Shown one piece after another: positions 26,353-36,268 of a stretch of 64,000 nt of DNA. The stretch's first letter is position 1, and every line of letters starts with the position of its first letter. A program made the translations under genes and the position numbers. Source of the stretch: Promethearchaeia archaeon (GTDB lineage Archaea > Asgardarchaeota > Lokiarchaeia > Sigyniarchaeales > SOKP01); the NCBI GenBank assembly GCA_029856155.1, contig JAHQWL010000055.1, positions 99,872-163,871 on the forward strand, given 5' to 3'. The notes under the pieces are model-generated. The model was not told the origin of the DNA. It saw only the letters and a program-made list of their open reading frames with translations, and made no database searches.

Positions 26353-27573
26353 ATGATTGGAACTATACAATTTGAGGATTTAGATTTAAATTTTGGATAT
26401 TCTTGTATGCCCGATAGATTATATTATTATTCAGAAGAAGAAAATGAATTCCGTATGGATGTGCGTAAATGGTGCGAAGAGAATATACAACCCGTTACTG
26501 ATAAGATTGATAAGGAGAGAAATACAAAATTAGCTGTGGAAACTCTACGAAAAATGAAACCATATCTAAATATAGTAATTCCTGAAGAAGCTGGGGGATT
26601 AGGTAAAGGAATAGTTTATCGTACGATTTTTGGTGAAGAGTTATCTGCTTTTAATTATTCCATCGGAACTATATTTGGCGCTTCCTCTTGTTTATTTACT
26701 GGACCTATCATTGAGTATGGGACTTCTGAACAAAAAAAGAAATATCTTACAGGTATTGCTGATGGTACAAAAATTGGGGCAATAGGGATAACAGAACCTA
26801 CAGGAGGTTCTGATGCTATAGGAGGAATGAATTTAAGAGCCAGAAAACAGGGAGATTACTATATATTAAATGGAGAAAAAAGATTTATAACTAATGGAAG
26901 TGTTGCAGACTACATTTGTCTATATGCGGTTACTAATGACCAAGTTAATAGACATCAAGGTATTTCAGCTTTCATCTTTGAGACAGAGACACCTGGATTT
27001 GAGGTTATCAAAGATTATAATCATATGGGCCGTAGAGGAATGCCAAATTCTCATCTCCGATTTGATAATTGTAAAGTACCTGTCGAAAATTTACTCTATA
27101 AGGAAAATGAAGGAGTTGAGGTATTGATGTTTGGACTTGATGGTGAGAGAACATTTACAGCATCTCAATATATTGGTTTAGCTAGAAGTGCATTCGAAGT
27201 TGCATATAAGTATGCTCATAGGAGGATTCAATTTAAAAAACCAATTTACTCATTTGAAGGAATTTCATTTAAACTTAGTGAGATGTACATGGATATAGAA
27301 TTAAATAGGATTGCAATGGCACAAATAGCCCGAATGCTCGACGATGGACATTACTGTAGAGCATCAGTTGCTGCTGTTAAAGCTAAACTTGCAGATGCTA
27401 CTGTTAAAATTACCCAAGATGCTATTCAGATTGTTGGTGGTATAGGTTATTCTGAAGAATATCCCTTAGAACGCTATTACAGAGATGCAAAAATAGGGCA
27501 AATTGCAGCAGGTTCAACTGAAATAATGAAGTATTTAATCTCAAGAGAAATGATAAGAATGTGGGGTAAATAA
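26353..27573 (+). CDS. Acyl-CoA dehydrogenase (isovaleryl-CoA-DH-like catalytic arrangement)
   Basis: ITEPTGGSD, NGEKRFITNG, LDGER, GGIGYSEEYPLERYYRDAK..IAAGS. Confidence 0.93.
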   Translation: MIGTIQFEDLDLNFGYSCMPDRLYYYSEEENEFRMDVRKWCEENIQPVTDKIDKERNTKLAVETLRKMKPYLNIVIPEEAGGLGKGIVYRTIFGEELSAFNYSIGTIFGASSCLFTGPIIEYGTSEQKKKYLTGIADGTKIGAIGITEPTGGSDAIGGMNLRARKQGDYYILNGEKRFITNGSVADYICLYAVTNDQVNRHQGISAFIFETETPGFEVIKDYNHMGRRGMPNSHLRFDNCKVPVENLLYKENEGVEVLMFGLDGERTFTASQYIGLARSAFEVAYKYAHRRIQFKKPIYSFEGISFKLSEMYMDIELNRIAMAQIARMLDDGHYCRASVAAVKAKLADATVKITQDAIQIVGGIGYSEEYPLERYYRDAKIGQIAAGSTEIMKYLISREMIRMWGK

Positions 27574-27577
27574 AGCT

Positions 27578-28369
27578 ATGGGAAATAAAATTACTTTAGA
27601 CATTAGAGATAACATTGCTACTATAAAATTAATGGATCCGGAAAAATTAAATCCACTAAACAAAGAAACTGGGAAAGAATTATATGAAACTTTAGAAAAT
27701 CTTAAGGATAATAATGAAGTGAGATGTTTAATAATTACAGGTTCAGGCAGAGCTTTTTCTACTGGAGGGGACATAAAACAATTTAAATCAAGTATTGAAA
27801 ATGGTACACCAAGTCAGGTTATGGAGGAAACATTGAGTAGTCTGTATATGATTGCGAAAACCTTGCGACTTTATCCAAAACCAGTAATAGCAGCCGTGAA
27901 TGGATGGGCTGTTGGTGCAGGAATGAATCTTGCTTTATCATGTGACTTTATTATAGCGTCAGAAAAAGCAAAATTTAGACAATCATTTAGTAAACTTGGT
28001 TTAATACCTGGATTTGCTGGAACAATCCTACTCAGTCGCCAACTTACATGGCAGCAAGCTACTCAAATGGCATTTTTTGGCGATACGTACACTTCTGAAG
28101 AAATGTCTAAACTTGGCTTTATAAATGAAATTACTTCTCATGAAAATTTAGATGAAGTTACTTTGAAATGGGCCCAACGACTCGCTAGAGGGCCAACATT
28201 GGCATATGCTAGAACTAAGAAATTATTCTTTGACTCTCTAAGCACCCCGCTTGATATCCATCTCGAAAATGAAAAACAAATGCAAGTGAAATCTGCTGAA
28301 ACCGAAGATTATAAGATAGGTGTTTTTGCTTTAATTGAAAAAAAAGAACCTGATTTTGTGGGTAAATAA
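27578..28369 (+). CDS. Enoyl-CoA hydratase/isomerase (crotonase) family, PaaG-like
   Basis: AFSTGGD, PVIAAVNGWAVGAG, C-terminal EKKEPDFVGK. Confidence 0.9.
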   Translation: MGNKITLDIRDNIATIKLMDPEKLNPLNKETGKELYETLENLKDNNEVRCLIITGSGRAFSTGGDIKQFKSSIENGTPSQVMEETLSSLYMIAKTLRLYPKPVIAAVNGWAVGAGMNLALSCDFIIASEKAKFRQSFSKLGLIPGFAGTILLSRQLTWQQATQMAFFGDTYTSEEMSKLGFINEITSHENLDEVTLKWAQRLARGPTLAYARTKKLFFDSLSTPLDIHLENEKQMQVKSAETEDYKIGVFALIEKKEPDFVGK

Positions 28370-28430
28370 GAACAGTCATTAAAAAAAGAATTTTTCCTAT
28401 TTTTACTCAATTTTATAATCGATATTTGAT

Positions 28431-29597
28431 TTATTCCTTTTTATAACTCTTTTCAATTAAATAGCTTATATCATCAAAGTTTGCTAATTTTGGATGAAGC
28501 GAATAGTTTCGGAGTTTTAATGTATCGTTAATTATTGCATTAAAAATGTCTTTTGACACTGCTTTATCTTCAAGACTAATCCATAACCCTATATCTTTCA
28601 AAAAGGATTCAATTTCATCACAACATTTTTCAGCAGCAACTTCATTGGATACCTTTTCTAATTCAGAGTTGAACAAGCGCCCAACAACAGCATATTTATC
28701 AATGGCATCTCTCCAACTCCAACGATTTATTTCAGGGTAGACTATTGCGAGGCTTTCACCATGATTGATACCGGAAGTATTCCCTCCAATAGCCATAGCG
28801 ACTCCATGCGGGAGCGTAGTCCCAACATTCGAAATACATAAACCACCTAGTGTTGCTGCAAATGAAAGAGCTTCTCTTGCTTCCTTATTAGTTCCATCCT
28901 TATACGCAATCGGGAGATACTTGATTATCTTTTTTAAAGCATCCAGAGCGTATAGATCTACAAATACTGATGAATTTATATTGATAAAGGGTTCAAATGA
29001 GTGAGAAAATGCATCAAAACCTGTTGTTGCGGTGATATGAGAAGGAACTGTCATTGTAAGTTCAGGATCAACAAGAGCAATCCTAGGAGTAATACTCCAA
29101 TCAGCCAAGGCTGATTTTGTTTTATCCTTGGCACTTTTTATAACGGCCATATTTGTAACTTCTGATCCTGTACCACCAGTTGTTGGCACTGCAATGATTG
29201 GAAGGGTTTTCTTACCATCGATACGCTTTTGACCTAATCTGTAATCCCAAACATCTCCTTCATGAGTAGCTCCAACAGCTATAGCTTTAGCAGCATCAAT
29301 AGTCGAACCACCTCCTACGCCTAAAATTACATCTACATTATTATCTAAAGCTATCTTAGAGCCAACGTTTGCACATTCATCGGTTGGCTCTGGAATTGCA
29401 CCTTCATAATGAATTATATCTACTCCTGACTCTTCACATAATTTTTTTACTTTTTTAAATAGTTCTTCCATTGCGGGAAAGGGTTTTACAGTAACTAATA
29501 AACACATCTTACCATTTCTTCTTACATTTTTCCCAATCTCATTTATACGATCCCAACCAAAATTAATTCGTGTTGGGTGAAAATAATTAAATCTCAT
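28431..29597 (-). CDS. Iron-containing alcohol dehydrogenase
   Basis: GGGSTIDAAK, PTTGGTGSEVT, metal ligands DAFSH / LPH / NHG. Confidence 0.92.
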   Translation of the reverse strand: MRFNYFHPTRINFGWDRINEIGKNVRRNGKMCLLVTVKPFPAMEELFKKVKKLCEESGVDIIHYEGAIPEPTDECANVGSKIALDNNVDVILGVGGGSTIDAAKAIAVGATHEGDVWDYRLGQKRIDGKKTLPIIAVPTTGGTGSEVTNMAVIKSAKDKTKSALADWSITPRIALVDPELTMTVPSHITATTGFDAFSHSFEPFININSSVFVDLYALDALKKIIKYLPIAYKDGTNKEAREALSFAATLGGLCISNVGTTLPHGVAMAIGGNTSGINHGESLAIVYPEINRWSWRDAIDKYAVVGRLFNSELEKVSNEVAAEKCCDEIESFLKDIGLWISLEDKAVSKDIFNAIINDTLKLRNYSLHPKLANFDDISYLIEKSYKKE

Positions 29598-29660
29598 CTT
29601 ATTTCATCAATTTTAGTTTTTTTATAATTAAAGAACAATAATATTAAAAAATTCCTTCTA

Positions 29661-30056
29661 GATACAATTATTTATGATGATGTTAATCCTAAGGTATTGT
29701 ATTCTCTAGAAAATCTAGGAGGTGATTTACAAATTGCCACTAAGAAAGCAGAATCAGTCATCCCTATAGCCACTCTATTAGAAAAATATTCATTCATTCA
29801 AAAAATTAAAGGAGAAGTGCAGATCGAAGCATTGAAAGAACTAACTACGAAGAAAGGAGAGCAGACTTTTTTACTGGCTTTAGTTTTGAATGATGATTTT
29901 GATTCGGTCAAGCTTAACATATGGGGAATGGACGCTGTTGAAATTTTAGGTATAATAGAGGATGGATGTTTCATAATGATATCTAATCTTTCCGTAAAAA
30001 TTAATACTTACACTCAATAAAAGGAGTTATTTTTTACGAAAAAATCAAAGCTTCAA
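29661..30056 (+). pseudogene. OB-fold (RPA/SSB-like) C-terminal fragment with internal stop
   Basis: KELTTKKGEQTFLLALVLNDDFDSVKLNIWG is OB-fold-like; the frame continues past TAA at 30018-30020 as KELFFTKKSKLQ; no convincing start. Confidence 0.6.
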
Positions 30057-30123
30057 TATTTTATTATAGTTTGCTTAAAATACAAGATCCTTTAAAATTA
30101 AAAAGAATAAAATAAATTTTTTA

Positions 30124-30924
30124 TTAATTTCCTTTAAAGTTAGGATTTCTTTTCTCAAAAAAAGCTTTAAGACCTTCTTGAAAATCATTAGTACCTGCAC
30201 ACTCTACAATATTTTTAATCTCTGTCTTTATTTGCATGTCAAAATCATTTGAAAATGAAGTTTCAATCATATAACGAGCTTTTTTGAATGCAATAGGAGC
30301 AACTTCACTCAATTTTTTGCCAATCTTTTTTGCTTCACTCAAAAGTGTATCAATAGAATCATACACTCGTGATACAAAATTGAAGTGTAAAGCTTCCTCA
30401 GCTGATAAAATTCTATTTGTAAGAATCATATCATTACTAAGTGTCAGTCCTACAATCTTAGGTAAATGATAAGTTAGACTACTATTAGGAGAAAGGCCTA
30501 TACCCGTGAATGCACTCCCAAATTTTGCATTTATGGAGCATATACGTAAATTACAGGTACTCGCTATACCTAAACCCGCTCCAAAACATGCACCATTAAT
30601 AACTGCTACTGTAGGAATATTTATCGTTTTTAATATTTTCAATGCTGCATGAAATTTTTCTGCTAATTCATTCATGTAAACACTTGGATCTTTTGCATTT
30701 TTAAAAGCGCTGACATCTCCACCGACACAAAATGCTTTCCCTTTTCCAGTAATTAAGATTGCCTTGATTTCATGATTTTTACTTATATACAGTAAGGAAG
30801 AATGTAGATCTTCTGCTAATTGCATATTTGATGAATTCAAACTATCTGGTCTGTTTAAGTAAAGAATAACATATTGTTCTATTTTCTCTAAAATTATTGT
30901 ATCATACTCAGGCATCATTATCAA
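30124..30924 (-). CDS. Enoyl-CoA hydratase/isomerase family, PaaG-like
   Basis: LNRPDSLN, AFCVGGD, INGACFGAG, FFEKRNPNFKG. Confidence 0.9.
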   Translation of the reverse strand: MIMMPEYDTIILEKIEQYVILYLNRPDSLNSSNMQLAEDLHSSLLYISKNHEIKAILITGKGKAFCVGGDVSAFKNAKDPSVYMNELAEKFHAALKILKTINIPTVAVINGACFGAGLGIASTCNLRICSINAKFGSAFTGIGLSPNSSLTYHLPKIVGLTLSNDMILTNRILSAEEALHFNFVSRVYDSIDTLLSEAKKIGKKLSEVAPIAFKKARYMIETSFSNDFDMQIKTEIKNIVECAGTNDFQEGLKAFFEKRNPNFKGN

Positions 30925-31111
30925 ATTTTAAACTTAAGTTAATAATTTATATTTTAGGGCAATGTATTTAAATTAAGCAGTTTGAGAAATTGTAAAATAA
31001 AATTAGGTAATGCATCCTGCTCGGAATCTTGAGATTCATTGAAATAAGCTATATAAGTAAGATTGAATTTAACTATCTATTATTGCAATAAAATAAAAAT
31101 ATGGGTTTCAT

Positions 31112-32974
31112 ATGGTAAATGGATATACTGGAAATATTTTGAGAGTTAATTTATCAAATGAAAAAATCTCAATTGAAAGCCTTGACGAGATTTTCTGCCG
31201 AAGATATATTGGTGGAGAAGGTTTTGTAGCTTATTACCTTTTAAAGGAATTGAAAGCAGGAATTAACCCCTTAGGTCCTGAAAATAAACTAATTTTTGCT
31301 ACTGGTCCTTTTACTATATTTGTCATACCCGGAACAGGTAGAAACAGCGTTGGAGCAAAATCTCCTTTAACAAGTGGATTTGGTGTTGCTGAAGTTGGTG
31401 GTCATTGGGGGGCTGAGTTAAAACACGCTGGATTTGATGCTATTATAGTAGAAGGAAAAGCAAAAAATCCCGTCTATTTATGGATAAACGATGGAGTAGC
31501 AGAGTTAAAGGATGCAACTCATCTTTGGGGAAAAATAACTGGAGAATCGCAGGAGATTATCCATAAAGAGTTAGGAGATAATTTGATTCGCGTTGCACAA
31601 ATCGGACCAGGAGGAGAGCGATTAGTACGCTATGCATGTATTATTAATGATTTAAGAAATGCTGCTGGTCGCACTGGAATGGGTGCTGTAATGGGATCTA
31701 AGAAATTGAAAGCTATAGCTGTAAGGGGGAATCAAAAACAGGAAGTAGCAGATAAAGATAGATTGAGAGCGTTATTGAAATTATTCAATGAAAATATTCA
31801 GCAAAGAAATGCAGGATATTTTGAATTTGGTACAGGAGGAGATTATATGGAAGAATCTGCATCATCTGGTAATCTATCATTTCGAAATTTCAGGGATGGT
31901 GGATTTACAAATGCAAAAGCATTAGAGCCTAGGACCATTAAAGAGACACTAGGGCTTGAGAAGGATGGATGTTATGCTTGTTCTATTCGTTGTAAAAAGG
32001 TTATCAAAATCGGAGATCCTTGGAATGTTGATTCAATATATGGAGGACCTGAATATGAAACTTTAGGTGCTTTAGGGTCTAATTGTGGAGTCGATGATGT
32101 GGCAGCAGTATGTAAAGCCAATGAAATTTGTAACAAATATTCATTAGACACGATTTCAACTGGGATTTCTGTTGGTTTCGCAATGGAGTGTTATGAAAGA
32201 GGAATTTTAACAGATAAAGATACTGATGGTATTAAATTAAATTTTGGTAACGCTGAAGTAATGGTTCAAATGGTTAAAATGATTGGTAAACGCGAGGGAT
32301 TAGGTGACATATTAGCAGAAGGTGTTAAACGAGCTAGTGATAAATTAAAAAATGGATCAGACAAATTCGCTATGCATGTAAAGGGGGTTGAGATTCCTAT
32401 GCATGAACCTCGCCTTAAAAAGGGAATGGGTCTTGGTTATGCTATTTCACCTACAGGTGCAGAACATATGACAAATTTGGATGATTATACAGTTGCTCAT
32501 AGTAGGGTTATGGCATATCATGGTCCTATAGGAATTTTAGAACCTTTAGAGTTGGATGATTTAAGTCCAAAGAAGGTACGAGCAGTAGTTTATTACACTA
32601 ATTGGCGTTATTTATTTAACGCGCTATTGATGTGCTATTTTGTCTTTTGGCGTTATAATCATATTACTGAAATGGTAAAAGCGGTAACTGGTTGGAATAC
32701 TTCAATATGGGAATTAATGAAAGCAGGAGAAAGGATTTCAACTATGACAAGAGTTTTTAATATTAGGGAAGGATTTACCAAAAATGATGATTGGTTACCT
32801 GAGAGATTTTTCGAACCACATACTTCAGGAGCTCTTTCTGAGACTGCAATTGCACCGGACAAACTTAAAAATGCGATAAATACATATTATACAATGATGG
32901 GTTGGGATGAGAATGGCACCCCTACTCAAGCTAAACTTGAAGAATTGGATATAGATTGGGTTGTAAATCCTTAA
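31112..32974 (+). CDS. aor: Tungsten aldehyde:ferredoxin oxidoreductase family
   Basis: AKSPLT, AAGRTGMGAVMGSKKLKAI, CYACSIRC, GPEYET, LDTISTG. Confidence 0.92.
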   Translation: MVNGYTGNILRVNLSNEKISIESLDEIFCRRYIGGEGFVAYYLLKELKAGINPLGPENKLIFATGPFTIFVIPGTGRNSVGAKSPLTSGFGVAEVGGHWGAELKHAGFDAIIVEGKAKNPVYLWINDGVAELKDATHLWGKITGESQEIIHKELGDNLIRVAQIGPGGERLVRYACIINDLRNAAGRTGMGAVMGSKKLKAIAVRGNQKQEVADKDRLRALLKLFNENIQQRNAGYFEFGTGGDYMEESASSGNLSFRNFRDGGFTNAKALEPRTIKETLGLEKDGCYACSIRCKKVIKIGDPWNVDSIYGGPEYETLGALGSNCGVDDVAAVCKANEICNKYSLDTISTGISVGFAMECYERGILTDKDTDGIKLNFGNAEVMVQMVKMIGKREGLGDILAEGVKRASDKLKNGSDKFAMHVKGVEIPMHEPRLKKGMGLGYAISPTGAEHMTNLDDYTVAHSRVMAYHGPIGILEPLELDDLSPKKVRAVVYYTNWRYLFNALLMCYFVFWRYNHITEMVKAVTGWNTSIWELMKAGERISTMTRVFNIREGFTKNDDWLPERFFEPHTSGALSETAIAPDKLKNAINTYYTMMGWDENGTPTQAKLEELDIDWVVNP

Positions 32975-33000
32975 AAAACTAGTTTTTGTTATATTTTTCT

Positions 33001-33051
33001 CATCATTATTCTATTACTTATTTCCACATCTCCAATGGTTATAGGTTGAAA
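33001..33051 (-). pseudogene. 17-codon fragment of an Old Yellow Enzyme N-terminus
   Basis: Minus strand reads FQPITIGDVEISNRIMM, matching the OYE consensus (L)FxPIxIGxxxIxNRIxM. Confidence 0.6.
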
Positions 33052-33064
33052 TTTAAACAATCAA

Positions 33065-33249
33065 ATGACCATAAATACCATAACTGATAAACTTCCAAAA
33101 AAATTCTTAATGAGATTAAAAAGAGGAAAATATTACAACATCAAAAAAACAAACAATCCTATTTATGTTTATCTCCAAGAAGCACTAAATATACACTTCT
33201 CACAGAAAGTATTTATGAAAACATTCTAAATAAAAAATATAGATTTTAA
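33065..33249 (+). pseudogene. Internally deleted miniature paralog of acyl-CoA synthetase 21633..23825
   Basis: MTINTITDKLPKKFLMRLKRGKY (N-terminus) joined to NIKKTNNPIYVYL / YTLLTESIYENILNKKYRF* (C-terminus, one frameshift). Confidence 0.9.
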
Positions 33250-33254
33250 AATTA

Positions 33255-34142
33255 ATGGTAATAATTATGCCTTGGATATTAAGTGAAGGAAAGTTCAATA
33301 ATAATACTTATTTATTTGATTCATTTCAATGTGATACCGAGTATAGTATGGGGTACTATATTTTGCAGGGAACTAAAAAGAGAGCGCTTATTGACACATC
33401 AGGACCTATAGAAGCAGAAAGATTTGCAAAAAGGATTAAAAATCTGGATCTAATACCTGATATCCTCATATTAACGCATTCACATTGGGATCATGCTGGT
33501 GGAACCACAGTTTTTCAAAAAAAATTTCCAAATATTGAAGTATTTGCAGCAAAACCTGCCATAGAATCGTTAAAAAACAATTCAAAATATAATGAAGCCT
33601 ACTCAGAAGTAGTTTCAGATTTAGATCCTGTTGAAAATATTATTCCGGTAAAACAGGGAGATACAATTGATCTAGGCGGAATCGAATTGTTAATTTATGA
33701 AACTCCTGGTCATACTAATTGTAGTATTTCAATATTAGAGCAAAAGAACAAAATATTGTTTACAGGGGATGCTTTAGGGTATACATGGGAGCATTTTGTT
33801 ATATTACCACCAATTATGCCTCCTGAGTTTTCTCAAGAGAAATTATTATCTACTTTTGAAAAAGTGCAAAAAATCGATTGTTCAGTAATTGCATGTGCTC
33901 ATTATGGTTTATTAACTGAAGATTTAGCCAAATTTTTTCCCAAATATACTGAGTTATGCTATATTTTCTGGAGAGATTTTTTTATTTCATCTTTTGAGAA
34001 AAATATTACAACAGAAAAAGTAGTTGATAATTTTATTGACAAATTACATGAATTGAATATATATGATCCAGGGGGGAAGATAACATTTAAAATGGTTGGT
34101 GGTTGGATGATTAAAGGTTTAAAATCAACAGGTTTGATTTAA
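33255..34142 (+). CDS. MBL-fold metallo-hydrolase
   Basis: THSHWDHAGG, TPGHT, FTGD, AHYG. Confidence 0.9.
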   Translation: MVIIMPWILSEGKFNNNTYLFDSFQCDTEYSMGYYILQGTKKRALIDTSGPIEAERFAKRIKNLDLIPDILILTHSHWDHAGGTTVFQKKFPNIEVFAAKPAIESLKNNSKYNEAYSEVVSDLDPVENIIPVKQGDTIDLGGIELLIYETPGHTNCSISILEQKNKILFTGDALGYTWEHFVILPPIMPPEFSQEKLLSTFEKVQKIDCSVIACAHYGLLTEDLAKFFPKYTELCYIFWRDFFISSFEKNITTEKVVDNFIDKLHELNIYDPGGKITFKMVGGWMIKGLKSTGLI

Positions 34143-34230
34143 TCTTTATTAAACCTTATAATAAAAGATTCTTTAATGTATAATGTATATTTATATAAAA
34201 TATTTATAATAATAATTGAAGATGAAATAA

Positions 34231-35406
34231 ATGGTAAATGTCAAGAATATTGTTATGCTTGGTTTTGGCGATATGGGCAAAGGTATAGCCCAAGTATGCT
34301 TGATGGCAGGTTATAGTGTCACAGCGGTTGATATTAGTGATGATCTTATTCAAAAAGGTTTGGAATACATAAAAACAGGATTTGAGAAATTAGAATCAAA
34401 AGCTAAGTTGCCTGAAGGTTCCGGCGCTAAAGATTTTTTAGTGAAATTAAAAACTTCAAAGGATCTCATTGAAGTTGTTAAGGATGCCGATTTAGTAATT
34501 GAAGCAGTTGTAGAAAAATTAGATGTAAAACAAAAACTTTGCAAAGATGTCATTGAAAACTCTCCAGATCACTGCATCTTTGCTTCCAACACATCAACAA
34601 TGAGTATAACTGAGATCGCAGAAAATTGTAGCAAACCTGAAAATGTAATAGGAATGCATTTCTTTAATCCAGCACCTTTAATGAGATTAATTGAAGTAAT
34701 AAGGGGTGATAAAACTTCTGATGAATCCATGAATATTGGCATTGAAGTTTCTAAATCATTGCCTTGCTTAAGGGGAGAAAGATATGTAGCTCGTGTACTG
34801 AAAGATCGTCCGGGTTTTATTGTAAATCGTGTACTTTCACCTGGTAGTATTTATATCAATCACATTATTGATTTAGCATATGAGAAAGGAATTCCTTGGG
34901 AACAGGTAGACGCTGATCTTTCTGGCGAAAATGCTCCGATGTCCACATTAACTTTATCAGATTTTACAGGACGTGATATCGCTTATCATGGACAACTCTA
35001 TTATAGTGAGAAACTTTCCCCTGATTATAAACCTGGTAAAGTTTTAACTATGCAAATGGAACAAGGAGATCTAGGGAAAAAAGCGGGAAAAGGTTTTTAT
35101 GATTGGTCAAAGGGACGACCTCAACCCGATCTCTCAAAAAAGGCAGGAATTGTGAATCGTGAGATTTTTGTAGCAATTAATGCAAATGAAGGATGTAGAA
35201 TCCTCGAAGAAGGGGTTGTAACAAGTTGGAAAGTTATAGACGATTCTATCTTGGCAGGTATGAATTTCCCAGGTCCAATGGAATATGCTTCAAAGAATTT
35301 TAAAAGACTAACTGTTCTCCTAGAAGAAACTTCCGAAAAATTAGGTAAATCATATCTTAAACCCTGTGATTTATTTAAATCTGGAAAATTTGTAGATATG
35401 GTATAA
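34231..35406 (+). CDS. 3-hydroxyacyl-CoA dehydrogenase with duplicated C-terminal domain
   Basis: GFGDMGKGIA, IEAVVE, SNTST, GMHFFNP, PGFIVNR, GKGFY. Confidence 0.93.
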   Translation: MVNVKNIVMLGFGDMGKGIAQVCLMAGYSVTAVDISDDLIQKGLEYIKTGFEKLESKAKLPEGSGAKDFLVKLKTSKDLIEVVKDADLVIEAVVEKLDVKQKLCKDVIENSPDHCIFASNTSTMSITEIAENCSKPENVIGMHFFNPAPLMRLIEVIRGDKTSDESMNIGIEVSKSLPCLRGERYVARVLKDRPGFIVNRVLSPGSIYINHIIDLAYEKGIPWEQVDADLSGENAPMSTLTLSDFTGRDIAYHGQLYYSEKLSPDYKPGKVLTMQMEQGDLGKKAGKGFYDWSKGRPQPDLSKKAGIVNREIFVAINANEGCRILEEGVVTSWKVIDDSILAGMNFPGPMEYASKNFKRLTVLLEETSEKLGKSYLKPCDLFKSGKFVDMV

Positions 35407-35448
35407 TAAAAAAAACCTTTATAATCTAATATGGGGAAGTGAATATAA

Positions 35449-36246
35449 GTGGATTATAAGTATATTATAGTTGAAAAGAAAGAGCATCTGACAATTGTAC
35501 GTCTTAATAGACCAGAAGTAAGAAATGCTATCAATCCGTACGTAAGCCTCGAGTTAGAAGATGCATTTCATGAGTTTGAAAATGATTCAAAAGCATGGAT
35601 TGCTATTGTAACAGGAGTAGGTGATAAAGCATTTTCTGCAGGATTTGATCTAAAATGGGGTGCCACTAGTACTATTAAAGAACAAGAAGAAGCTTTTAGT
35701 AAGCTTAAATATAAAGCTATTACGGGAGGTCTAACATTCAACCCAAATATTACTAAACCAGTCATCGCTGCTGTAAATGGTTTTGCTTTTGGTGGTGGAT
35801 TTGAACTTGCATTAGGCTGTGATCTAATTATTGCCGCTGAACATGCGTTTTTCTCCTTGCCTGAACCATTAGTAGGTCGCGTTCCTACTGAAGGAGGCGT
35901 ACATCGTTTAGTAAGATATCTCCCATATCATTTAGCAATGGAAATTCTCTTTACGCATAAGCGGATTTCTGCTAAAGAAGGAGTTGAACTTGGTTTTGTA
36001 AATAAAGTGGTGCCATTAGACCAATTGATGACTGAAGCTGAGAAAATAGCTAACGTTATTATGGAAGGTTCACCATTAGCTATTCGAGCGATCAAACAAA
36101 TGGCAAATGATGGTCTTGAAACAACATTGAGAAAAGCTATTAACACAATTTTTCCTCTTTATGCGAAATTTATGCGATCTCACGATTTTATTGAAGGTCC
36201 AAAAGCCTTCTCTGAGAAAAGAAAACCAATTTGGAAAGGAGAGTAG
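35449..36246 (+). CDS. Enoyl-CoA hydratase (both catalytic Glu present)
   Basis: AFSAGFDL, GGGFELA, LPEPLVG. Confidence 0.92.
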   Translation: MDYKYIIVEKKEHLTIVRLNRPEVRNAINPYVSLELEDAFHEFENDSKAWIAIVTGVGDKAFSAGFDLKWGATSTIKEQEEAFSKLKYKAITGGLTFNPNITKPVIAAVNGFAFGGGFELALGCDLIIAAEHAFFSLPEPLVGRVPTEGGVHRLVRYLPYHLAMEILFTHKRISAKEGVELGFVNKVVPLDQLMTEAEKIANVIMEGSPLAIRAIKQMANDGLETTLRKAINTIFPLYAKFMRSHDFIEGPKAFSEKRKPIWKGE

Positions 36247-36268
36247 TATAGAAAATTATAATTTTTTT

